Part shown: piece after piece, positions 1 to 8,793 of the stretch | How positions within the stretch are numbered: position 1 is the first letter of the stretch | Layout: the number at the start of each line of letters is the position of its first letter | DNA from: an uncultured virus (IMG/VR IMGVR_UViG_3300025402_000001) | Lineage: Duplodnaviria; Heunggongvirae; Uroviricota; Caudoviricetes | Direction: 5' to 3' (one strand) | DNA length: 64,000 bases | IMG/VR virus record: IMGVR_UViG_3300025402_000001 | Position numbers and translations under genes: made by a program | The notes under the pieces: generated by a model | What the model was told of the DNA's origin: nothing | What the model saw: only the letters and a program-made list of their open reading frames with translations | Databases searched by the model: none

Positions 1-16
1 TCGTATCTCTTAGTCA

Positions 17-247
17 TTATGCCTTCTCCTCTTCGTACTGGCGACGTGTCATGTACACGATGCCCATACCGCTCAGTGTGTTTGGGTTTGGTTTGCACAC
101 CCCGATGATGTCATCAGGTGACTCCACCGGCTTAGTGTACTGGATTGGGTATGATACATCGGGCGTTGTTGGTGTACGTCCCCAAGTGCGTGATACATAG
201 CGCGCCTCGTCGCGTGCCCTGCATATTGAATTAAGTGATCTTGCCAT
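17..247 (-). CDS. hypothetical early protein
   Basis: ORF with GAGGAG RBS upstream, co-oriented with neighbouring early genes. Confidence 0.5.
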   Translation of the reverse strand: MARSLNSICRARDEARYVSRTWGRTPTTPDVSYPIQYTKPVESPDDIIGVCKPNPNTLSGMGIVYMTRRQYEEEKA

Positions 248-302
248 GGTGTTGCTCCTCTTGTGTTAGTCCATCCATTATAACGACCTTTACCGGTCAT
301 TG

Positions 303-569
303 TCAATCATATACGCCGATCTCGCCGGCATTGATCCACTCTGCGTGCAGTCCATACCGGCGCAGGGTGTTGGTGATCAGTGGGTTGATGCCAAACTCCC
401 AGTCCAGTATCCGATAGCCGTCGTAGTAGTCAGCCCACACTGTGTCGCGGTCGTAGTAGTCGTAAATACCCTCGGCGCTGATCTGAAAATTCTCGATGTC
501 ACTGCGCTCGTACACTGGAGCGCCGATCTTTTTGAGTGCGTTAAATGCCAGTCTGTGGTTGCGTTTCAT
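303..569 (-). CDS. hypothetical early protein
   Basis: 88-aa ORF with GGAGG RBS. Confidence 0.65.
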   Translation of the reverse strand: MKRNHRLAFNALKKIGAPVYERSDIENFQISAEGIYDYYDRDTVWADYYDGYRILDWEFGINPLITNTLRRYGLHAEWINAGEIGVYD

Positions 570-720
570 ACTACCTCCGTGTTTGTTTTGAAATATAAAC
601 TAGGTGTTTTTTCGTCACTGTTTAAAGGAGCAGATTGAGCCGTTTTGGTCGATCTTTTAAACCACCTTTGACCATCAGTCGTATAGAAAAAAGTAAAAAC
701 TGGGACATCTAAAAAAGTTT

Positions 721-978
721 TCATACTGCCTCCAATAATTGATCTAAAGTTAAGTCTAAGAACTCGGCAAACTCATCAAAGGCAAAGCCTCGCTCCCAGT
801 TATTAAACATTCTGTCTTCGTTGCCGTAGCACTCAGGGTGCCGGTATGCAATAAAGTCGTGATACAAGGATTCATAATTCATACTGCCGTACTTGGCGAT
901 TGCTTTATCTGTATTCATAATGTTAGTCCTTGTAAATGATTTCGTAGTTAAGTACAACAAACCTCTTTCTTGGCTCAT
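721..978 (-). CDS. hypothetical early protein (alternative start near 918)
   Basis: ORF; both candidate ATGs have AGGA RBS. Confidence 0.55.
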   Translation of the reverse strand: MSQERGLLYLTTKSFTRTNIMNTDKAIAKYGSMNYESLYHDFIAYRHPECYGNEDRMFNNWERGFAFDEFAEFLDLTLDQLLEAV

Positions 979-987
979 AGCTACTCC

Positions 988-1056
988 TTATTTTGAAGTG
1001 GTGAATGCAAGTAATACTGGAATAATTACTAACAACGCAATTAAAAAATCTGTCAT
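988..1056 (-). CDS. small membrane peptide MTDFLIALLVIIPVLLAFTTSK
   Basis: hand-translated; AAGGA RBS; single hydrophobic segment. Confidence 0.5.
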   Translation of the reverse strand: MTDFLIALLVIIPVLLAFTTSK

Positions 1057-1074
1057 GGTAGTCCTTTATGTGAT

Positions 1075-1126
1075 GGTCTCATCAGTATACTATAAAAGTA
1101 TAGACCACGTCAACGTGGTTTCGACC
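1075..1126 (-). ncRNA. type II hammerhead ribozyme
   Basis: minus strand reads GGUC GAAA CCACG-uuga-CGUGG UC^ UAUACU-uuuau-AGUAUA CUGAUGA GACC; full core and three perfect stems. Confidence 0.92.
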
Positions 1127-1128
1127 TG

Positions 1129-1434
1129 TCAGATAAACTGGAAATACTCGGGGTTAAACTCGCCCCACTGCTCTGCCTTGTCGCCGATCAGCGAGCCCTT
1201 ACCGAGCTCATGGTCAAACACTGCCACGCAGTCCTGATCCAGTGCCGTTGCCAGCACGGCCAGCGAGCCCTTGTGGCTGATGTACTGGATGATGACTGTA
1301 GGCTCGTCGCGATCATAAGAAACACGCAGTGCAACGATGTCCTGCACAAATACCAGCGCGACTTCTAAGGTCTTGTCCACACTGTTAGTATTGCCGATAA
1401 ACGGGTTATTAAGTCCGATGTTGATTGTGTACAT
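1129..1434 (-). CDS. S-adenosylmethionine lyase (T3 gp0.3/SAMase-like), probable anti-restriction protein
   Basis: DEPTV and DQDCVAV correspond to T3 SAMase EEKTV and EQDCVLV; first gene after the early promoter. Confidence 0.75.
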   Translation of the reverse strand: MYTINIGLNNPFIGNTNSVDKTLEVALVFVQDIVALRVSYDRDEPTVIIQYISHKGSLAVLATALDQDCVAVFDHELGKGSLIGDKAEQWGEFNPEYFQFI

Positions 1435-1672
1435 ATAGTCCTTATTGTATATGGTTAGTACTGCCTCGAGCTCACTACATTGTAATGAGCTCTGAGCACT
1501 ACTATCGTCCGACTGTTGCGATTACTTAGCGCCGTCGGTACTTCTTTAGCTCCCCTTGCCACTGTCTAGGCTGAGAGCACAGGCACCTATGCACCTGATC
1601 TGCCACATGATTAGAGAGCTTGGTACTTAGTCGGCTCTTAAGTGGATTAGCCACTGCACTTCCTATGTATCT

Positions 1673-1701
1673 AATATAACGACCTTGCAATGGAATGGCA
1701 A
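1673..1701 (-). promoter_or_regulatory. host sigma70-type early promoter
   Basis: TTGCCA-17 nt-TATATT on the minus strand, facing the early genes. Confidence 0.65.
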
Positions 1702-2007
1702 CAACTAAATGCAAATAGTTTGTATGCCTTATATCTATTGGCTTAGATGGTGATACTAATACTTGACTAAACTGTGGGGTTATGTGGTAGATAGTGGGAT
1801 GGGTTACACAGTGACTAATAGCCAACACTCGTCCACCCACCAGTCTGCCTCCTCGCGTACGCGTGCCCTGTGAGCCTTTATAGTATATGGTAGGCAAGCG
1901 ATCAGTGCACACCCTAGGCTACCCCCTCACCTCATAGCCACTCGACCCACAGAGCCCTTCTCGTGCCTCCTATCCGTCAATAGGTACATACCCTTAGTGC
2001 CACTTAA

Positions 2008-2192
2008 GTTAGTAGCCACTAACATCATGCACCACATTGGTGCGCTGGTCTGCGTTTCACATTGTGAGATAGCATACCACAATGTGAAACGTTTGGGCGC
2101 GAGGCTATGTGGAGTGAGTGCTTACTTACATCATGCACCAATGTGGTGCGCCCCAGTGAGTACTCACTTACTTAGTGCACCAATGTGGTGCA
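2008..2192. repeat. three 37-bp composite operator units (2008-2044, 2114-2150, 2156-2192)
   Basis: GTKAGT-N4-ACTWAC, 4 nt, then TGCACCA-N3-TGGTGCR in each unit. Confidence 0.85.
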
Positions 2193-2469
2193 TAGACTGT
2201 GTGGGCTACTCTGCTCGGCAGGGCGCGGGGCTATGTGCCAATGTGTCACGTTCAAGCATGCTTTCCTTGGTGGGGTGTTGTTTATATACCACATACCCCA
2301 ATTTGGGTCCCGTGGACTGACCGGCCGGCGGGGGCCCCATAGACCATGAGTTTTGTATAATTCCATGCAAAAACCCGTTTTTCTAAATTTTTTTTTTGAA
2401 AAATACATTCTATATACGAATAATGATATATAGACTTATTTCTATATAACTAAAAGTAGTCATTTGTCA

Positions 2470-2580
2470 GGGTAGTATGGGTAGTACCCCTTACTTTATC
2501 ATTTTTAAAATTTTTTAAAATAATAAACGTAGTGGTGGGGGTAACCTGGAAAACAGCGCGCTTCTAGTACTACCCATACA
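2470..2580. repeat. copy 1 of a ~115-bp element with inverted ends and AT-rich core
   Basis: GGGTAGTATGGGTAGTACCCCTTACTTTATCATTTTTAA shared with the copy near 62940; right end GTACTACCCATAC. Confidence 0.85.
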
Positions 2581-2615
2581 AAAGGGGACAGAGTCAAGCT
2601 ATTTTTTCCCGTGGT

Positions 2616-2647
2616 GAGGCGCTTTACCTATTTATTTGCATTAATAT
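2616..2647 (+). promoter_or_regulatory. phage promoter motif at start of the late arm
   Basis: GAGGCG...TGCATTAATAT, 4 nt before ATG 2652. Confidence 0.75.
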
Positions 2648-2651
2648 AAGT

Positions 2652-2963
2652 ATGACAGATAAGTATGTATACCAAATCCAAGGCGCGTTAGAGAACGCCG
2701 CCGGTGAGTTTAAAGGCTTGCGGATACTGGTATGTGACCTGTACAACTTTGACTCAGTGGATGTGCCAGTGGATATACTGGACAACGAGACGGCAAAGTA
2801 CATCCAGTTTAGGCTAAACTGCACCAAGGAAATAATGAACATAGCCAAGCTGCCATTTAAAATCCAAGATAATATTCGGGGGCCGTTAGGGCCCTGGCTG
2901 GACCACTGGGTCCGAGAAAACTTCCATGGCGATTTTAGCAACAGAAAAAGTCTTAACTTATAA
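2652..2963 (+). CDS. hypothetical protein (probably leaderless)
   Basis: 103-aa ORF directly after the promoter motif. Confidence 0.65.
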   Translation: MTDKYVYQIQGALENAAGEFKGLRILVCDLYNFDSVDVPVDILDNETAKYIQFRLNCTKEIMNIAKLPFKIQDNIRGPLGPWLDHWVRENFHGDFSNRKSLNL

Positions 2964-3918
2964 CTACTGGAAGCCAGCCTACAAGATTGAGGTTGGTGAC
3001 TACCTGTTTGACCACAACGGAAAACCTACTAAGGTTACACTGGTCCAGCAGTACCACACCCAGGATTGCTACAGGGTCACCCTATCTGACGGGCTGACTA
3101 TCTCAGGCGACAAAAACCTGGCATTTCCCACAGAAAACTTAAAATACCGAAATAGGTTACAAACCTATAAGGGCTTCTTTAAATTTCGAAGACCATTAAG
3201 ACCTATGAGTATCGAGGCTTTACAAAGCACATCTTTAAAAATAAAAGACAAGGAACTAGCATACTCCATCCCGTCTACTAAACCCTTAGCTTTACCACAC
3301 CAGGACCTACCAGTACCCCCATTCGTATTTGGGTACTGGTTTATAAACAAAAATGCCACAAACCATATCAGATCCCCTAAGGCATATAAAGACATAATAC
3401 CTCAAAAATTAAAAGACCGGGGGTACCTGATAACCCAGCAGCGTTGTCATAAAACCCATCGCATGGTCTATAGTACCGAGCCTAGAGTTGAAATGCAGCT
3501 GATTGGTAAAATACCAACCAACATCCCAGATAACTACCTACTAGGATCTATGGATCAAAGAATTGATCTGCTCTCTGGTATACTGTACGCCAAAAGAGGA
3601 TGGTACAACTTAAAAAACGATAGGTTTACCATTACCCTAAAAAGTTATCAACTTATACGGCAGATACAGGGGCTTGTAGAATCCCTTGGAATTAAAACAT
3701 CAATGTACTACAGGGAAGATAACAACGAGTATGTGTTCTCATTTCGTAGCCGTTTGCAGCTTATGGACCACCAGGTCTCACCAAAAATAAAAGTCCATCA
3801 GGCCCGGCGGTACATTGAACACATTAAACAAATTGAGCCACAGCTGTGTGTTCATATAGAAACCGAGGGGGCTGATAAGAGCTTCTTAGTCGGGGAAGGT
3901 TTTATATCATGTCTTTAA
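2926..3918 (+). CDS. free-standing intein-like protein (Hint plus degenerate LAGLIDADG domain)
   Basis: N-terminal block AILATEKV..VGDYLFDHNGKPTKV, LPVPPFVFGYW, QRIDLLSGIL, C-terminal block RRYI..CVHIET..FLVGEGFI; no terminal His-Asn. Confidence 0.8.
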   Translation: MAILATEKVLTYNYWKPAYKIEVGDYLFDHNGKPTKVTLVQQYHTQDCYRVTLSDGLTISGDKNLAFPTENLKYRNRLQTYKGFFKFRRPLRPMSIEALQSTSLKIKDKELAYSIPSTKPLALPHQDLPVPPFVFGYWFINKNATNHIRSPKAYKDIIPQKLKDRGYLITQQRCHKTHRMVYSTEPRVEMQLIGKIPTNIPDNYLLGSMDQRIDLLSGILYAKRGWYNLKNDRFTITLKSYQLIRQIQGLVESLGIKTSMYYREDNNEYVFSFRSRLQLMDHQVSPKIKVHQARRYIEHIKQIEPQLCVHIETEGADKSFLVGEGFISCL

Positions 3919-5354
3919 CACAAAAACAAGAAGTTACGTTAAGTAAATTCGCAGATGCCCATAAACACTGGCCCAAGCAACAGCTAGACTCCACACTGTG
4001 GCAAGTCAAATGGTCCCTGCAGGCACTACCACACCAAAAAGAACCAGAAGATGGAGAGTATGATACATTCCTTATGCTTGCCGGCCGCGGCTCTGGCAAG
4101 ACACACACTGCTAGTCATTGGATTGGTATTCGTGCTTGGAAGTACAGCGGAACCCGCTGGCTTGTCACGGCACCCACTTCAAATGATATTCGGGCTACCT
4201 GCTTCGAGGGAGACTCAGGACTCCTCAACATCATCCCCGCCAGCCTCATCAAAGACTACAACAAATCCCTGTTTGAGATCACCCTCACCAACGGATCCAT
4301 CATTCAAGGCATCCCCGCCTCCGAGCCGGAGCGCTACCGCGGCAAGCAGTTCCATGGCGCCTGGTTTGACGAGCTCTGCGCCTTTGACTACCTTGACCAA
4401 GCCTACGACGGCGTCCAGTTTACCCTCCGACTCAAAGACCCCAGAATCCCCAGGGTGCAGCAAATTATTACCACCACCCCAAAACCTAAAGAGCTCATCG
4501 TTGACCTCAACGAGGGTAAGGTCGGAGGGGATGTCTACGTCGTCAATGCCTCATCATACGACAACCGGGACAACCTATCAGAGACATTCTTCAAGCAGCT
4601 AGAGACGTATGAGGGAACAGATATTGGAAGGCAGGAGATCTATGGACAGATCCTTGACCCCGAAGCAACGGGTATCATCAAACGTAAAATGTTTAAGATG
4701 TGGCCCGCAGACAAACCAACCCCCGAGCTAGAGTACGTCATTGCCTCCTATGACCCAGCAACATCCGAAAAAACAATGAATGACCCCACCGCATGTACCG
4801 TATGGGGAATTTTTGAACAAGAAGACAAGGGGACATCCATTATTTTACTGGACGCATGGGACCAACACCTTGCGTACCCACAACTACGACGTAAAGTAAT
4901 TGATGACTTCAAAGAAGTTGTGTACGGATCTGATAACACCTTCGCTAAGGGCCGTAAAGCCGACCTGATACTCATGGAGGACAAGAGCGCAGGTATATCC
5001 CTCATCCAGGAACTGCAGGGCTCCGGGGTGCCTGTAAGGGGCTACAATCCACAACGTGCTGATAAGGTTCAAAGACTTAACATTGTCGCGCCCCTCGTTG
5101 CCAAGGGAAAGGTTTACATACCAGAAGATTCTAAAATCAAAGGTGACTTTGCCGAGTGGGCTAAGCGATTTCTTCGCCAAGTGTGCTCATTTCCAGAAGC
5201 CGGAGGCCATGACGACTATGTTGATAGTCTTTCCCAAGCCTTGAGAATATTAAGGGATTCTGGTTGGATTCAATTAGATTTCCTTCCTGCTCGCGACTAT
5301 GATTATTCAGATGACATATCTGCTAGAAAGTTTTCTAACCCTTATTCACAATAA
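3909..5354 (+). CDS. terL: terminase large subunit
   Basis: Walker A AGRGSGKT, Walker B AWFDE, ITTTPKP motif, nuclease motifs SYDPA and HDDYVDS. Confidence 0.95.
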   Translation: MSLTQKQEVTLSKFADAHKHWPKQQLDSTLWQVKWSLQALPHQKEPEDGEYDTFLMLAGRGSGKTHTASHWIGIRAWKYSGTRWLVTAPTSNDIRATCFEGDSGLLNIIPASLIKDYNKSLFEITLTNGSIIQGIPASEPERYRGKQFHGAWFDELCAFDYLDQAYDGVQFTLRLKDPRIPRVQQIITTTPKPKELIVDLNEGKVGGDVYVVNASSYDNRDNLSETFFKQLETYEGTDIGRQEIYGQILDPEATGIIKRKMFKMWPADKPTPELEYVIASYDPATSEKTMNDPTACTVWGIFEQEDKGTSIILLDAWDQHLAYPQLRRKVIDDFKEVVYGSDNTFAKGRKADLILMEDKSAGISLIQELQGSGVPVRGYNPQRADKVQRLNIVAPLVAKGKVYIPEDSKIKGDFAEWAKRFLRQVCSFPEAGGHDDYVDSLSQALRILRDSGWIQLDFLPARDYDYSDDISARKFSNPYSQ

Positions 5355-5365
5355 TTTTAATAAAT

Positions 5366-5398
5366 GGGGCGTATTTACCTCATTTTTTGCATTAATAT
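5366..5398 (+). promoter_or_regulatory. phage promoter motif
   Basis: GGGGCGT-N15-TGCATTAATAT. Confidence 0.8.
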
Positions 5399-5482
5399 GA
5401 ATAGGAAGTAAAAAGCGCCTGCAGCGCCCGTTTAGGCCCGTACCTAAACTAGCTTCCAACTATTCAACTTACGGGAGTTAAA
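5399..5482 (+). ncRNA. structured leader with RBS pseudoknot, upstream of HNH gene
   Basis: P1 GGAAGT/GCTTCC, P2 GCGC/GCGC, P3 GTTTAGG/CCTAAAC; loop CCCGTA pairs with TACGGG at the SD. Confidence 0.7.
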
Positions 5483-5947
5483 ATGAAACAATGTACAAAA
5501 TGTGATTTATTATCCGACAACTTTGGAAAACATAAGCATACAAAAGATGGATTAGCTTCTTGGTGTAGAATTTGTAAAAATAAACAAACAAATTTTAAAA
5601 AAGATGCTAAAATGAAAGATAAACGCGGGCATGTAAACAGAATAATAAACCAAAGACGCGCAGAATCTAAAAAACAAAATGTTGTGTTTGAAATAGACTC
5701 CGAATACGCATTTAGTCTTGCTCAAGATATTTGCCCCGTTTTAGGGATAACATTATCTTGGACTGAAAGAAATGGTAAGGCCACAGATAACTCTCCGTCT
5801 TTAGATAAATTTAATCCCAAATTGGGGTATATTAAAGGTAATGTGGCTTGGATATCCTTTAAAGCAAATACAATTAAAAGCAATGCTTCCTTCAATGAAA
5901 TCCAGGCTGTAGCAGACTGGATGAAATCAATAGAACAAAACCAATAA
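5483..5947 (+). CDS. HNH homing endonuclease
   Basis: CxxC pairs, CPVLG..SPSLDKFNPKLGYIKGNVAWIS..AN..K. Confidence 0.85.
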   Translation: MKQCTKCDLLSDNFGKHKHTKDGLASWCRICKNKQTNFKKDAKMKDKRGHVNRIINQRRAESKKQNVVFEIDSEYAFSLAQDICPVLGITLSWTERNGKATDNSPSLDKFNPKLGYIKGNVAWISFKANTIKSNASFNEIQAVADWMKSIEQNQ

Positions 5948-5949
5948 AC

Positions 5950-8793
5950 ATGGCAAATCCAAAACTTCCGATTCAAGCAGGCAACAATCTACCTATGCAG
6001 GACCGGGAAGATGAAATCCATGACGCCAAAGACCAAGACATCGAGATGGAAGAATTTGAGGACGCCCTTGGATTAGACGAAGACGAAGTTGAGCAAGAGG
6101 TCATTGAAAATGATGATGGCTCGGTTATTGTAAACTTCATGCCAAAATCTAGTCCAAAAGACTCCCCAGAATTTTATGCAAACTTAGCCGGTGTATTTGA
6201 CCAAGACGATTTAAACGAACTTGCTAATGAATATTTAGACTACATTGACGTTGACCGGGAGTCACGTAAGCAACGAGACAAACAATACGAAGAGGGTCTT
6301 CGCCGCACTGGTCTCGGTAAAGACGCACCCGGTGGTGCCACATTTGATGGTGCCTCTAAGGTTGTGCACCCAGTCATGGCAGAAAGCTGCGTAGATTTTG
6401 GTGCATCATCGTCAAAAGAATTATTGCCACCCGATGGAATTGTTAAATCAAACATCAAGGGCACAGCCGACAGAACAAAAGAAGAAGTTGCTAATCGTAA
6501 AGTAGAATTTATGAACTGGCAGCTCACAGAACAAATACCTGAGTTCCGCGACGAAATGGAGCAGTTGCTGACCCAACTCCCACTAGGCGGTTCTCAGTTC
6601 CTTAAATGGCGCTATGACGCCGAGCAAGCAAGACCAACATGTGAGTGGGTCCCAATTGACAATATACTCCTTCCGTATTCATCTACAAACTTTTACACAG
6701 CGCAACGTGTAACTGAAGTACAAGACATTACAGAGGATACATTCTTACAACGTATCGAGGCAGGTATCTACATTGATATTGACTCAGACTATACATCAGA
6801 TGCCCCGTTAACAGAACAGACTCGCTCACAAGAGGCTAACAATAAGATCGAGGGCAAAGAAGAGCCATCTAAAAACATTGATGGTCTACGCCGTATTTAT
6901 GAAGTAACCTGTTTCATGCGTTTAGATGACGATACAGAAACAGAAGGCCGACGCGCCCCGTACATCCTAACTATTGATGAGACAACATCCAAAGTATTAG
7001 CACTCTACCGCAACTGGGAATGTAACGATGAAAAACTGGAAAAACTGGACTGGTTTGTCGAGTTTAAATTTATTCCTTGGCGTGGAGCTTACGCCATTGG
7101 ACTGCCTCAGCTTATTGGTGGGCTATCTGCTGCTCTTACCGGCGCTCTGCGTGCTTTACTTGACGCTGCGCACATCAACAACAGCCAGACGCTACTTAAG
7201 CTCAAAGGTGGAAGAATTGGTGGACAGTCTGATAGAATCGAGCCAACGCAAGTTGTAGAGATTGAAGGCGCACCTGGTGTTGATGATGTACGTAAGATCG
7301 CGATGCCGATGCCGTTTAACCAACCGTCTTCTGTACTGTTTAACTTATTAGGTTTTTTAACAGACGCAGCTAAAGGTGTAGTAACTACCGCCGAAGAAAA
7401 AATTGGCGAAGCAAACAACAACATGCCCGTTGGCACAACCCAGGCGCTTATTGAGCAGGGTGCCAAGGTATTCTCCTCTATTCATGCCCGTCTGCATCGC
7501 TCACAGGCTAAATCTCTTGCCATCATCTCACGTATCAACCACTGGTACCTAGATGAGATGGACAACCAGTCCGGAACAGAGATTAAGGTACGTGACTTTG
7601 CGTACAACTCTGATGTACGTCCAGTATCTGACCCTAACATATTCTCCGAATCACAACGTGTTGCGCAGAACCAGGCACTCTTACAGATGGCCTCTTCCGC
7701 GCCTCCGGGGATGTTTGATATCCGTGCCGTGTACCGCCGCGTACTACACCAGCTAAAGATTCCATCAGTAGAGGAAGTACTGCCAAATCCGTTAGGTGCC
7801 TCTGAGTCTAACCCAGCGCTTGAGAATGTCTCCATGACAATGGGACGACCAGCCGCGGCCTACCCAGACCAAGACCACATCTCACACATTAAGGTCCACC
7901 TAGAGTATGCAGAAAATCCAGCGTATGGTGGAAGCCCAGTCATTGGGCCAGTATTTGCTCCACATGCACTCGACCATATCAAGCAGCATTTAACACTGCA
8001 CTACCTCCAGTCAATGCGATCATACGTAGCACAAGCATCAGGCGGTAAAGATACACTTAATCTACATCAAGAAAACGCCCTAGACATAGAGTCACAACAG
8101 GCCTTAGCATTGGCGTCGCACATGGTAGATCAGGATGCTAAAGAAAATATGTCTGAATTTTCACAAAGAATTTCAACCTTGGCCCAAAAAGTTCAACAGG
8201 CCCAACAGGCTCAGCAACAACAAGCCGCTAATTCAGACCCAACAGCACAGGTTATTCTTAAGACTCAAATGGCTGAGACCCAGCGCAAGACACAAGAGTC
8301 ACAGGCTAAGATGCAGCTGGAGATGCAACAGGACCAACAGAACTACCAGCTTGAGGTTGCAAGACTTCAACAACAGGTTCAAGAGTTACAGGCTAAGTAC
8401 TCCACACAGACGAACATTGATAACCAACGCAACGCCACAGATATTGCAATGGCAAACATCAATAACGCCGCAAAAGAGCGTATTGCTATGATATCAGCCG
8501 GTGCTCAGATGGATCAACAACAGGCCCAACTAGACCATGAGCAAAACCAATCCGCAATGCAGGCCATTGCTGCATCGGATCAGGACATACGCCAGCATGG
8601 ACTAACAGTACAGCAGCAGGCATTTGAGGTACAGGCAAATCAAGTTAAACAACAGGCTGATGCACAGCAAAAAGCTGCATTGGCTGCGCAACAACACGGT
8701 CAACAACTGCAACAAAATGATCAACAGCATCAACAGGCATTAGAACAACAAGCATCAGCACCACAACCAACTACCACACCAGGAGCACAATAA
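5950..8793 (+). CDS. portal protein with long Gln-rich coiled-coil tail
   Basis: position after terL, size, ASKVVHPVMAE motif, coiled-coil C-terminus. Confidence 0.85.
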   Translation: MANPKLPIQAGNNLPMQDREDEIHDAKDQDIEMEEFEDALGLDEDEVEQEVIENDDGSVIVNFMPKSSPKDSPEFYANLAGVFDQDDLNELANEYLDYIDVDRESRKQRDKQYEEGLRRTGLGKDAPGGATFDGASKVVHPVMAESCVDFGASSSKELLPPDGIVKSNIKGTADRTKEEVANRKVEFMNWQLTEQIPEFRDEMEQLLTQLPLGGSQFLKWRYDAEQARPTCEWVPIDNILLPYSSTNFYTAQRVTEVQDITEDTFLQRIEAGIYIDIDSDYTSDAPLTEQTRSQEANNKIEGKEEPSKNIDGLRRIYEVTCFMRLDDDTETEGRRAPYILTIDETTSKVLALYRNWECNDEKLEKLDWFVEFKFIPWRGAYAIGLPQLIGGLSAALTGALRALLDAAHINNSQTLLKLKGGRIGGQSDRIEPTQVVEIEGAPGVDDVRKIAMPMPFNQPSSVLFNLLGFLTDAAKGVVTTAEEKIGEANNNMPVGTTQALIEQGAKVFSSIHARLHRSQAKSLAIISRINHWYLDEMDNQSGTEIKVRDFAYNSDVRPVSDPNIFSESQRVAQNQALLQMASSAPPGMFDIRAVYRRVLHQLKIPSVEEVLPNPLGASESNPALENVSMTMGRPAAAYPDQDHISHIKVHLEYAENPAYGGSPVIGPVFAPHALDHIKQHLTLHYLQSMRSYVAQASGGKDTLNLHQENALDIESQQALALASHMVDQDAKENMSEFSQRISTLAQKVQQAQQAQQQQAANSDPTAQVILKTQMAETQRKTQESQAKMQLEMQQDQQNYQLEVARLQQQVQELQAKYSTQTNIDNQRNATDIAMANINNAAKERIAMISAGAQMDQQQAQLDHEQNQSAMQAIAASDQDIRQHGLTVQQQAFEVQANQVKQQADAQQKAALAAQQHGQQLQQNDQQHQQALEQQASAPQPTTTPGAQ

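Noticed and set aside
625..685. Second hammerhead on the minus strand (CTGATGG..GACCAAAAC)
   Set aside because: Core lacks CUGAUGA and GAAA; only a short TGGTC/GACCA stem
1505..1545. SAH/SAM riboswitch upstream of the SAM lyase
   Set aside because: Only a superficial CCGA..GCGC resemblance; conserved core not found
1526..1912. 128-aa ORF on the minus strand, and ORFs 1997-2320 and 2172-2408
   Set aside because: They run across the promoter, leader and operator repeats, lack an RBS and have non-protein-like composition
2008..2192. CRISPR array
   Set aside because: Spacers of 69 and 5 bp, degenerate units and no cas operon; the Cas4-like gene is a standard replication-module nuclease
2926..5354. 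Intein inserted within terL
   Set aside because: Separate reading frame with its own stop, no N-extein, and terL motifs are complete without it
5366..5398. Phage promoter read as a sigma54 -24/-12 promoter
   Set aside because: GG-to-GC spacing is about 19 nt rather than 10
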